DNA of 28,920 nt from a virus (IMGVR_UViG_3300010361_000031:1-28920); one strand, 5' to 3'. Counted from the first letter of the stretch, positions 8,545-15,635 are shown. Program-made: numbers and translations. Notes: generated by a model from the sequence alone, not told the origin.

Positions 8545-8794
8545 TGAAATGGTCCTAACGACACGTCCGGGCATTGAGGAAGAAACTGTACTCTTGAATG
8601 AGATGGTCGATCTCGCCCGCAAGGCGGCCGATGGTCAAATCGGAGGCAGCACGAAGCCCAGCGAAAGCAACGTCATTTTAGGCGCCGGTCGCTTGATCGG
8701 ATCGGTCGTCAAGCAGCACATGGCGAATCGCATCGCGAGAGCACGTCTTGTCGCACAGGAGGCGAAAACCATCGATCAGGACGCTGCCGCCTGA
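8516..8794 (+). CDS. 92-aa hypothetical protein between the effector and the array
   Basis: Strong AAGGAGGAG RBS (8502-8510), ATG 8516 inside the effector's 3' end, stop 12 nt before the first repeat. Confidence 0.75.
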   Translation: MTVPSKSRVNEMVLTTRPGIEEETVLLNEMVDLARKAADGQIGGSTKPSESNVILGAGRLIGSVVKQHMANRIARARLVAQEAKTIDQDAAA

Positions 8795-8806
8795 TGTCGA
8801 GTAAAC

Positions 8807-9780
8807 CCCGGCCCGCCGGGGAAAAAGCGGGAGAGCAAACCGGCAGGCGCGGCCGAGCTGGCGGCAGGTCACAACTACCCGGCCCGCCGGGAGAAAAGCG
8901 GGAGGCTTCGCTAAATCTGTCAGCGAAGCGGAGTGCCGTCCCCGGCCCGCCGGGAGAAAAGCGGGAGTGCCGCGCCGTCATCGCCAGTGTGATTGATTCT
9001 ACCCGGCCCGCCGGGGCAACAGCGGGAGGCAACTTTCGAGCAACTGGATATCATCGCATGCCCCGTCACAACTCCCCGGCCCGCAGGGACGAAAGCGGGA
9101 GATCGCCAGCACCGTTCGTGCGAACAGCTGCATTCCCTCGGCCCGCCGGGACGAAAGCGGGAGTGATGTGTCTCATTTTCGGGGACGCCTCAATACCCGG
9201 CCCGCCGGGGCAACAGCGGGAGGCCAGCGCGCTTTCGAAGCTGATCAGCGGGAGCCGATCCTCCGATGTCACAACACTCGGCCCGCCGGGGCGAAAAGCG
9301 GGAGACTGGGAAAAATGCTCGGCAGTCATGGTCCGTCACAACACCCGGCCCGCCGGGGCAATAGCGGGAGCTGCCGAGCCCCGCTGATTCACCCGGCCCG
9401 CCGGGACGAAAGCGGGAGCCGTTGATGGCGGTTACCCGGCCCGCCGGGACGAAAGCGGGAGGAGGAAATTCAACGTCGCGTCTTCGCAGCGTGCCAGCGT
9501 CGCAACACCCCGGCCCGCCGGGGCAAAAAGCGGGAGGGCCTACTGATCGAAGTCCTGGCGCAAACCGGAACGCGTCACAATTCCCCGGCCCGCCTGGAGA
9601 AAAGCGGGAGCGCAAGGTGAATTGACCGCACCCCGGCCCGCCGGGTTAAAAGCGGGAATGCCCGGACCAGATCAGGCTTTGACCGACCTCCGAGGCGGAA
9701 ATACCCCCGGCCCGCCGGGAGAACAGCGGGAGCCTGAGAACAGAATTTTCCGGCCCCGCCGGAAGAGTAATAAGCGGGAG
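8807..9780 (+). CRISPR. CRISPR-like array of 16 repeats; core CCCGGCCCGCCGGG-N6/7-GCGGGAG, unique spacers of 15-54 nt
   Basis: Repeat cores start at 8807, 8878, 8941, 9002, 9075, 9137, 9196, 9277, 9344, 9392, 9435, 9509, 9584, 9632, 9706 and ~9748 (divergent last unit). Six are preceded by GTCACAA/GTCGCAA, giving a 36-38-nt full repeat. Adjacent to the TnpB-like gene. Confidence 0.88.
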
Positions 9781-9815
9781 GTGTCCACGGTCGCGGGGGT
9801 GCGCGGAGATAACCT

Positions 9816-10187
9816 GTGACAATATTCGTCGGCGAAAAAAGACATAGATTCTACAGCATCGACAGAATCGAGATGATGCGAAGCATGTTCATCGCCGGCT
9901 CGCATATCGAGGACGTCGCCGAAGCTCTCAGTACGCCGGAACGGCCGGTGACGAGGGCGGCAGTCTATGCCGCATGCGCCCGCTACGGCGTCAACGAAAA
10001 GTATTTGAGCAAGAGACGGCGGCGCCTGAAGCGTCAGGCCGTCAGCCTGCCGCGGTGCTATCCCCGGATCGATGAAATCTTCATTGCCGAAGCGCAGCGC
10101 CGCGGCATGCGACTGGCGACGCTCGGCCGTCTCATTATCGAGGCCGTCATCAGAGACAATCTCTTTAGTGCAATCCTTGATCCGTAA
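9816..10187 (+). CDS. DNA-binding protein with a GcrA-like N-terminal HTH and an RHH-like C-terminus
   Basis: YSIDRIEMMRSMFIAG..VAEAL..VTRAAVYAACARYG resembles the GcrA N-terminus; EAQRRGMRLATLGRLIIEAV is RHH-like; GGAG RBS, GTG start. Confidence 0.55.
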   Translation: MTIFVGEKRHRFYSIDRIEMMRSMFIAGSHIEDVAEALSTPERPVTRAAVYAACARYGVNEKYLSKRRRRLKRQAVSLPRCYPRIDEIFIAEAQRRGMRLATLGRLIIEAVIRDNLFSAILDP

Positions 10188-10205
10188 ACGAAGGGAGATC
10201 GAAAA

Positions 10206-10853
10206 ATGAAAATCGTCATGTCATCCGGTCACGGGAAATATATCCGCGGCGCCAGCGGCATCCTCGACGAGGTCGACGAGGCCCGCAGAGTTGTCGAGAG
10301 CGTCGCCGCCATGATGCGAGCGGCCGGCTCCGAGGTAACGACCTTCCACGACGACACCAGCCATGATCAATCGACCAATCTTGAAACGATCGTTGATTTT
10401 CACAACGCGAGGACGCGCGATCTCGACATCAGCGTCCATTTCAATGCCTATCAGTCTACGGCCAGCCCTATGGGAACCGAGGTCCTGTATGTGACGCAGA
10501 GCAGCCTCGCGGCCAAAGTCTCAGGCGCTATAGCCTCGGCGGCGCAGCTGCCGAACCGGGGCGGCAAGAAGCGAACGGACTTGTATTTCCTGAATAATAC
10601 GGAAATGCCCGCGATCCTGATCGAGACTTGCTTCGTCGATTCGTCGACCGACGCCGATCATTATCACGCGCGCTATGATGACATCTGTCAGGCGATCTCC
10701 GACTCGATTGTCGGCGCATCGGAGCAGCCGCCCGTCGAAACCCAGCCGCCGCCCGTCGATGTCGAGGAGGTCGTCGACGTCGTCATTACAGCGCCGGCAG
10801 GCGTGCGCGTCGATGTCAGAGTTGTCGATGGTGGAGAGCGGCGCAGCAGATAG
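10206..10853 (+). CDS. N-acetylmuramoyl-L-alanine amidase (Amidase_3), endolysin
   Basis: SSGHG, DEVDE, ISVHFNA and AILIETCFVD Zn-amidase motifs; AAGGGAG RBS. Confidence 0.92.
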   Translation: MKIVMSSGHGKYIRGASGILDEVDEARRVVESVAAMMRAAGSEVTTFHDDTSHDQSTNLETIVDFHNARTRDLDISVHFNAYQSTASPMGTEVLYVTQSSLAAKVSGAIASAAQLPNRGGKKRTDLYFLNNTEMPAILIETCFVDSSTDADHYHARYDDICQAISDSIVGASEQPPVETQPPPVDVEEVVDVVITAPAGVRVDVRVVDGGERRSR

Positions 10854-10854
10854 C

Positions 10855-11097
10855 ATGCCCTGGAAGCCGGGCGCGTTGAGCGGTCATCCGGACTACGAAA
10901 TACATGACGAGCTTTATACGCCTGACGGCCGTTGCGTCGCCGTGCTGGAATGCTTCACCTCAAGCCCGGACACCTACTACTGCAACGCGCTGACCCCATC
11001 CGGCGATCTCGTCCGGCTCGGTGCCGGCGACAGCCTCGACGGTGCGAAGGACTGGGCTGAGCGCGTCGCAGGGCTGAAACCAGATCGGCCGCGCTAA
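10855..11097 (+). CDS. Hypothetical protein (80 aa)
   Basis: ATG 1 nt after the amidase stop; MPWKPG...AKDWAERVAG. Confidence 0.55.
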   Translation: MPWKPGALSGHPDYEIHDELYTPDGRCVAVLECFTSSPDTYYCNALTPSGDLVRLGAGDSLDGAKDWAERVAGLKPDRPR

Positions 11098-11110
11098 ACG
11101 GAAAATCGAA

Positions 11111-11317
11111 ATGAGCGATGACGGCGACAAGCAACAATCATGGTCCGGCAAGGTGCTTGAGGCTAGTTCGATGGTCGTCAAGCAATGCCCGCACTGCGGC
11201 ACGCTTGTTCTTATTTTAAAAGCGGTGGATGGCACGCCGTTCGCGCAAGGCCACGTCGATCAGGATGACTTGGTCACAATGCTGCACGCGCTGGACAAGT
11301 TGATGCCGAAGCATTGA
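11111..11317 (+). CDS. Small CPHC-motif protein, paralog of 20636-20884
   Basis: EASSMVVKQCPHCGTLVLILKAVDGTPFAQGHVD aligns with the gene at 20636. Confidence 0.7.
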   Translation: MSDDGDKQQSWSGKVLEASSMVVKQCPHCGTLVLILKAVDGTPFAQGHVDQDDLVTMLHALDKLMPKH

Positions 11318-11670
11318 ACGGAGACGACACAAAAGTGAGGAAGCGAGCTGTCAACGATCTGCACGTCGGCCCTTTGATCGTTCGTGGCGGCCCACGGATT
11401 GGCTTTAGAGTCGTCGAGCCTTTGACCGGGTTCAATGTTGCGCACAGTTTTCCGACTTGCATGCACGCGGCGAACGCAGCCAAAGAAATGAACGAAGTTG
11501 CGGATTGGCTGGGCGTGCTCAAGACCATCGCCGACGGCGAGCACCCAAATTGCCAGAGCGAATTGGCCAGGATCGCAGAACGCTATGGCGGACGGCTTGC
11601 TTGCAGCAGGTCTTCGGTCAGTCGAATCGCATGCGCTTATGCTGTTGAGAGAGCCGAGGCGGCCAAATAA
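11314..11670 (+). CDS. Hypothetical protein
   Basis: TTGA-coupled ORF that ends at the terminator. Confidence 0.5.
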   Translation: MNGDDTKVRKRAVNDLHVGPLIVRGGPRIGFRVVEPLTGFNVAHSFPTCMHAANAAKEMNEVADWLGVLKTIADGEHPNCQSELARIAERYGGRLACSRSSVSRIACAYAVERAEAAK

Positions 11671-11710
11671 AAAAAGCCACCGGGGGCGAACCCGGTGGCG
11701 TTTCTTCCTT
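11665..11710. terminator. Bidirectional intrinsic terminator
   Basis: GCCACCGGG-GGCGAA-CCCGGTGGC stem, with an A-run on the left and a pyrimidine run on the right, between convergent genes. Confidence 0.8.
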
Positions 11711-11720
11711 CCCGCTCGGA

Positions 11721-12221
11721 TCAGGAGCGCGACTGATAGTCGAACCACAGCGCTGCAAGGACGCGCATGAACGCGTAGATCAGGGCCGGGATGGCGAGCC
11801 CGATCGCGGCGCCGGCAATCATCAGCAGGGTGTTCGAAGCATTGCCGGCGAACGCGTAGACGTTCATTGCGGCCATGCCGGCGAGGGTGCCGATGATGGT
11901 GCAGTTCGCGAGCGTCCCGATCTGGCGGCGCACATGCTCGGTCGCGATCAGCATGGCAAGCTTTGTCAGGACAAAGCCGATCTCAATGGCGGTTGCCATC
12001 GACCACGCTTCCCACGTCGAGCACCCGGTGACGAGCTGGACGCCGTGCACACTGTGCGAGAGCGACAGCCCGATGATCGATAGGGTGACGGCGCCGATGC
12101 CGGTGGCGATCATTGCCTGCCGGCGCAGAGAGCGAACAGCGCGCTTTCCCTTGCGGACGCGAGCTGCGGCCTTCTTTGAATTGCGCGACTGCGGTAGACG
12201 GACTACGTTCAGGTTAGTCAT
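11721..12221 (-). CDS. Membrane protein with about 4 TM helices
   Basis: Basic N-terminus followed by four hydrophobic segments. Confidence 0.7.
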   Translation of the reverse strand: MTNLNVVRLPQSRNSKKAAARVRKGKRAVRSLRRQAMIATGIGAVTLSIIGLSLSHSVHGVQLVTGCSTWEAWSMATAIEIGFVLTKLAMLIATEHVRRQIGTLANCTIIGTLAGMAAMNVYAFAGNASNTLLMIAGAAIGLAIPALIYAFMRVLAALWFDYQSRS

Positions 12222-12296
12222 TTTGCGAACCCTTTCTTCGCTTGATGATTAGACCCGCGTCGAGTGCGACAACACTTGGTGCGGGTCGCTTAAGTT

Positions 12297-12419
12297 TCAG
12301 GGCATGCAGACCCAGGCGCTGGTTCCGCAGGCAACTGCTGCATAAACGTCGCCGGCAAGGATGCAGACGATGGCGCTGACGAAGCAGAAGATGGAAGCAC
12401 TTACGAAAATCTTGTTCAT
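12297..12419 (-). CDS. 40-aa hydrophobic peptide (not in ORF track)
   Basis: AAAGGAGACC RBS; MNKIFVSASIFCFVSAIVCILAGDVYAAVACGTSAWVCMP. Confidence 0.55.
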   Translation of the reverse strand: MNKIFVSASIFCFVSAIVCILAGDVYAAVACGTSAWVCMP

Positions 12420-12454
12420 CTCTTTGGTCTCCTTTGCTCAACTTGATAATACTT

Positions 12455-12482
12455 AAATAGCGCAAGTATTGGTGGTGTCAAG
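12455..12482 (-). promoter_or_regulatory. Putative sigma70 promoter (leftward)
   Basis: CTTGAC-N16-CTATTT on the - strand, overlapping palindrome AATACTT-N9-AAGTATT (12448-12470). Confidence 0.5.
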
Positions 12483-12580
12483 GAAGAAATAGCGCCCCAC
12501 TAGACTTTTTTTTTACTTTTTTTACTTAAGACACTGTTTTGTGATTACTTGCGCTTTAGCAAGTAAACCAGTCGATCGCG

Positions 12581-12609
12581 CTTGATATGGCGGACATTAT
12601 GTCCTATAT
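12581..12609 (+). promoter_or_regulatory. Sigma70 promoter with embedded operator GGACATTATGTCC
   Basis: CTTGAT-N17-CTATAT matches the rhizobial CTTGAC-N17-CTATAT consensus; 13-bp palindrome at 12592-12604. Confidence 0.65.
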
Positions 12610-12637
12610 TCACATCATCGAAAAAGGAGACCAGAAG

Positions 12638-12799
12638 ATGACCTTACAAGAAATCCGAGACGCCGGTTGGACCGCTCTGACGCTTCGCCTCGTTGTCGCC
12701 TCAGAGACCGAAAGCCAGTTGATCAAAGCGGAGCTGAAGCGTCGCGAAGACATCGGCCGGATCAGCTTCAAGTCGGCCGGCGCACGCCGCGCTCGTTGA
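12638..12799 (+). CDS. Small hypothetical protein (53 aa)
   Basis: AAAGGAGACC RBS, ATG 12638. Confidence 0.6.
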   Translation: MTLQEIRDAGWTALTLRLVVASETESQLIKAELKRREDIGRISFKSAGARRAR

Positions 12800-12824
12800 A
12801 AACGCCAGCCTGGGACACACTCTA

Positions 12825-13064
12825 ATGACCACCGAGTTTTGCATCATGTCGATGGGCAAGGCTCTCGCCTTCGCCGACTATCTTGAGCAGTCGCGATCAG
12901 GGGAGGGCTTCGCGACCGCGAAAGACGCGCATGCCGAACTTGTCGCCCGCGGTTTCGAGCTGACCGATCTTCCAATCGCGCTCCGCTACGTCCACGGCAA
13001 TCAAAGAGCGACCATCGTGAAACGCGTCGACGGCAAGTTCGCGCTTGCCTTCGGCCTGCTTTGA
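12825..13064 (+). CDS. Hypothetical protein
   Basis: ORF fits the operon spacing. Confidence 0.5.
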   Translation: MTTEFCIMSMGKALAFADYLEQSRSGEGFATAKDAHAELVARGFELTDLPIALRYVHGNQRATIVKRVDGKFALAFGLL

Positions 13065-13130
13065 TTGCAGCCCATGTCCTTTGCGGAGGACATGAACGGC
13101 GATCAAGCCGGAAAAAGGAGACCAAAGCCG

Positions 13131-13568
13131 ATGTTAAAATTTCTGATCAGCGCGGCTGCGCTTGCGCTTGCGAGCGCGGCGTTTGCGGCAGAGCCTTCCG
13201 CCGATATCTCGGCAACTGCCGGCGAAAAGGACTGGCATACGTGCTGCGGTGACATGGCGCATTACATCCCGCCGACGATCATCGTGACGGCGACTCTGTT
13301 CAATCACGGATCGCACACGTTCGAAGAATTGACGCTGACGTGCGACATGATCAACAGCGATGGACAGCCCGTGCTGCGCGGCCAGAAGACGTTCCTTCAA
13401 ACGATCGCGCCGAACATGACCTATACAGCCCGCCTCGCGATTCCGATGCCGTCGCTTTACAAAGAGGAAAACATGGGCCGCGACGGCCAGAGGATGACTT
13501 CCTGGAATCTCGTCAAGCCCGACTGCCGCGTCGATGGTGCCGTCATTGATCGGCGCACCGTCCGATGA
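13131..13568 (+). CDS. Secreted/periplasmic protein with a probable Ig-like beta fold
   Basis: AAAGGAGACC RBS; signal peptide MLKFLISAAALALASAAFA; beta-rich mature part. Confidence 0.7.
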   Translation: MLKFLISAAALALASAAFAAEPSADISATAGEKDWHTCCGDMAHYIPPTIIVTATLFNHGSHTFEELTLTCDMINSDGQPVLRGQKTFLQTIAPNMTYTARLAIPMPSLYKEENMGRDGQRMTSWNLVKPDCRVDGAVIDRRTVR

Positions 13569-13810
13569 CGCAGTCGATCAACGACGCGTCGCGCGCCCTG
13601 CTCGAAACGCTTGCGCGCGATCCTTTCAATGGCCTGTCGGCGGAAGCGCTGGCGCAAGCCGGTCATACGGCCGTAACCATTCGCAGAGCGTGCAAGGCTG
13701 GGCTCATTTCTAGTTTCATCAAACGCTACAGCAAGCCCGGGCTCATGGTGACTGCATATCGCATCAGCGCCATGGGGCTGACTCGCGTTCAAGGAGGGAA
13801 ACGCCGATGA
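13565..13810 (+). CDS. Small winged-helix-like protein
   Basis: ATGA-coupled; ...KAGLI...YRISAMG wHTH-like ending. Confidence 0.5.
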   Translation: MTQSINDASRALLETLARDPFNGLSAEALAQAGHTAVTIRRACKAGLISSFIKRYSKPGLMVTAYRISAMGLTRVQGGKRR

Positions 13811-13977
13811 CGACAATTTATGCCGTGCTCTACAATTCTGGGGGCGAACTTGACCGCGTTCAGATATCGCACAACGTCGATGATGATTCAGCCGAATTAT
13901 CGACGGCCATCCATGACGCAATTGTCGATTGGACGCTTGCAGTCGGCGATACAATCAAGATTGAGGAAAGCGAATGA
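13807..13977 (+). CDS. Small acidic protein (56 aa, not in ORF track)
   Basis: AAGGAGGG RBS; ATGA-coupled at both ends; MTTIYAVLYNSGGELDR...GDTIKIEESE. Confidence 0.6.
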   Translation: MTTIYAVLYNSGGELDRVQISHNVDDDSAELSTAIHDAIVDWTLAVGDTIKIEESE

Positions 13978-14459
13978 GCAAAAGCAAACGGCGTGCATAT
14001 GTAAGCAACAAAGAATTAAGCAAACAACTCGCAGAAATAAAGGCTCAGCTTGGCCGGCTGCTCGCCCGTGGCAATGGTCCGGCCTCGTTCTCCCTTCGAC
14101 AGTTCTGCAATCGACACGGCATTCGTGAACGACATTATTACCAACTCCAGGCCGAAGGTCGCGCACCGCGGACCATGACAATCGGCAATGAAGTGCGCAT
14201 TTCACGGCAGGCGGAAGCTGATTGGATTTCAGCATGCGAGAACCCCGCGCGGCCGACCACCCACAGCGATAAGATTTTGGAAAATCTAAGTAAGGAAGAT
14301 AGATGGATTTCACCACTCGAAGCACGAACATTGTTGGGGGTCGGCCGTACTCAATTCAGCAAAATTCGCGAGAGTGGCGCGTTAACCGTACGCAAGATCG
14401 GCTATCGCACGCTGCGTTTTTCACTGGCGAATGTGCGTGCTTACATCGACGGCGGTTGA
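13974..14459 (+). CDS. Protein with two tandem excisionase/AlpA-like wHTH domains
   Basis: FSLRQFCNRHGI...GRAPRTMTIG and WISPLEARTLLGVG...GYRTLRF. Confidence 0.75.
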   Translation: MSKSKRRAYVSNKELSKQLAEIKAQLGRLLARGNGPASFSLRQFCNRHGIRERHYYQLQAEGRAPRTMTIGNEVRISRQAEADWISACENPARPTTHSDKILENLSKEDRWISPLEARTLLGVGRTQFSKIRESGALTVRKIGYRTLRFSLANVRAYIDGG

Positions 14460-14724
14460 TCACGAGAGGGATCGCGCTTTTTCGAAAGCGCCTTCGAGTG
14501 CGTGCAGCACAATCATTCGCAAATCGAAAACGCCTCGCATCATGTAGAGATCGCCGTTGTTAGAGCACATTGGCAAGCGCTGCGTCGACAAGCAATGGAT
14601 CAATCATTTTTTCCCTACTTCCCCGCGAACAAGAGCAGGATCGCAAACAGCACAATGATGACGGCGAGAATGATCAGAATTCGTTGTGCCATTCTCATTC
14701 TCTCGTCGGCCGGCGCGTGTCTGG

Positions 14725-14961
14725 TCAGACGGTCGCGGCATGTTCAATCGTTAGCGGCATTTCGCCGATCAGCGTGAAAAATTTCCCATTCTTCCGAAGG
14801 ACCGGGACCGTCATCAGGCCGGGATCATCGCGCGGCCGATAAGCAACGACGAGCGACTTGCCGTTGCTGGAGGCGAGCACGACAAGCCCATGGACGGGAG
14901 TCGCTCCCTCTCGCGCAATGAGTACGCGGTCGCCGTTTCGGAAATGGTTGGCTGGCTTCAT
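14725..14961 (-). CDS. Hypothetical protein
   Basis: FRNGDRVLI...GLVVLASSNGKSLVV, SH3-like beta pattern. Confidence 0.55.
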   Translation of the reverse strand: MKPANHFRNGDRVLIAREGATPVHGLVVLASSNGKSLVVAYRPRDDPGLMTVPVLRKNGKFFTLIGEMPLTIEHAATV

Positions 14962-14970
14962 GCGTTCAGC

Positions 14971-15153
14971 TCATGACCGGGCCTGCGGGTCGCGCCGCGC
15001 CTGCCAGATCAGAACCAAGTCCTCGGCGTCGGCCTTCGACATGCCGGCCTTGTGCAGCGCATCGGCAGCGGCGGCGCGGGTTGCGATCTCGCGGGTGAAA
15101 TATGAAAGCCAGATGGCGGCTGCCACGGGCGCGGGTATCACGGTAATTTTCAT
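14971..15153 (-). CDS. Small hypothetical protein (60 aa)
   Basis: AAAGGAGACC RBS before ATG 15153. Confidence 0.55.
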   Translation of the reverse strand: MKITVIPAPVAAAIWLSYFTREIATRAAAADALHKAGMSKADAEDLVLIWQARRDPQARS

Positions 15154-15394
15154 TCGGTTGGTCTCCTTTGTCATGCGGTTGTAACACGCACATCGAGCGC
15201 CGGGCCAATGATTTTTCCACAGCCTGCCCGTCCCGCTCATTAGCCGCTCGCTGGTGAGCGATCTTCTGGCCGCTGTCTCAGTGCAGGCGAGCTGCCGGCG
15301 ACGCGCCAGCGGCCAAATGCCGAAGGCTGGCCGAAGCCCGAAGGCATACGCGACCGGCCGAACGAGCGGCCTTGCGCCCAGGGCCTTTCGTTTA

Positions 15395-15635
15395 CGTGAC
15401 ACCAGCATAACACCGCGCCGGCCGCGATTTACGAAGCCTTGTCAAATCAATGACTTAAGGCATGTCTGCTGCCGCCGTAGCGTGCAGCGATAGGGCAAAA
15501 CAACGCAGGAATGCAAACGAACCATGCCGAATGCGAAGCAGACAACCTGTTGTCGCACCAATATTTTCGCGTATAGTGAGGACACCGGCGGACACGCCAT
15601 GTCAGCTACCCGAGCGTGACATCTGCGTAACACCG
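15395..15635. other. Putative attP region with arm-type repeats and an IHF site
   Basis: 21-bp direct repeats CGTGACAYCWGCRTAACACCG at 15395-15415 and 15615-15635 (3 mismatches); IHF consensus AATCAATGACTTA at 15445-15457; immediately upstream of int. Confidence 0.6.

Noticed and set aside
8905-8940. Spacer 2 (ASLNLSAKRS) as a second integrase-derived spacer, compared with AALELAAES at about 16163
   Set aside because: Similarity is too weak without a database hit
8807-9780. TIGR-Tas array, REP/BIME cluster or VNTR
   Set aside because: No Nop-domain protein or box C/D-like dual-spacer units; repeats are all direct with unique spacers, found nowhere else in the window, and sit next to a TnpB-family gene
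8807-9780. Ribosomal frameshift pseudoknots
   Set aside because: No consistent slippery heptamer upstream and no credible coding frame
8678-9905. ORF-track calls across the array (8794-9387, 9168-9425, 9190-9615, 9422-9625, 9622-9819 and others)
   Set aside because: They are translations of the GC-rich repeat in shifting frames (PGPPG, RPAG); unit lengths do not preserve frame
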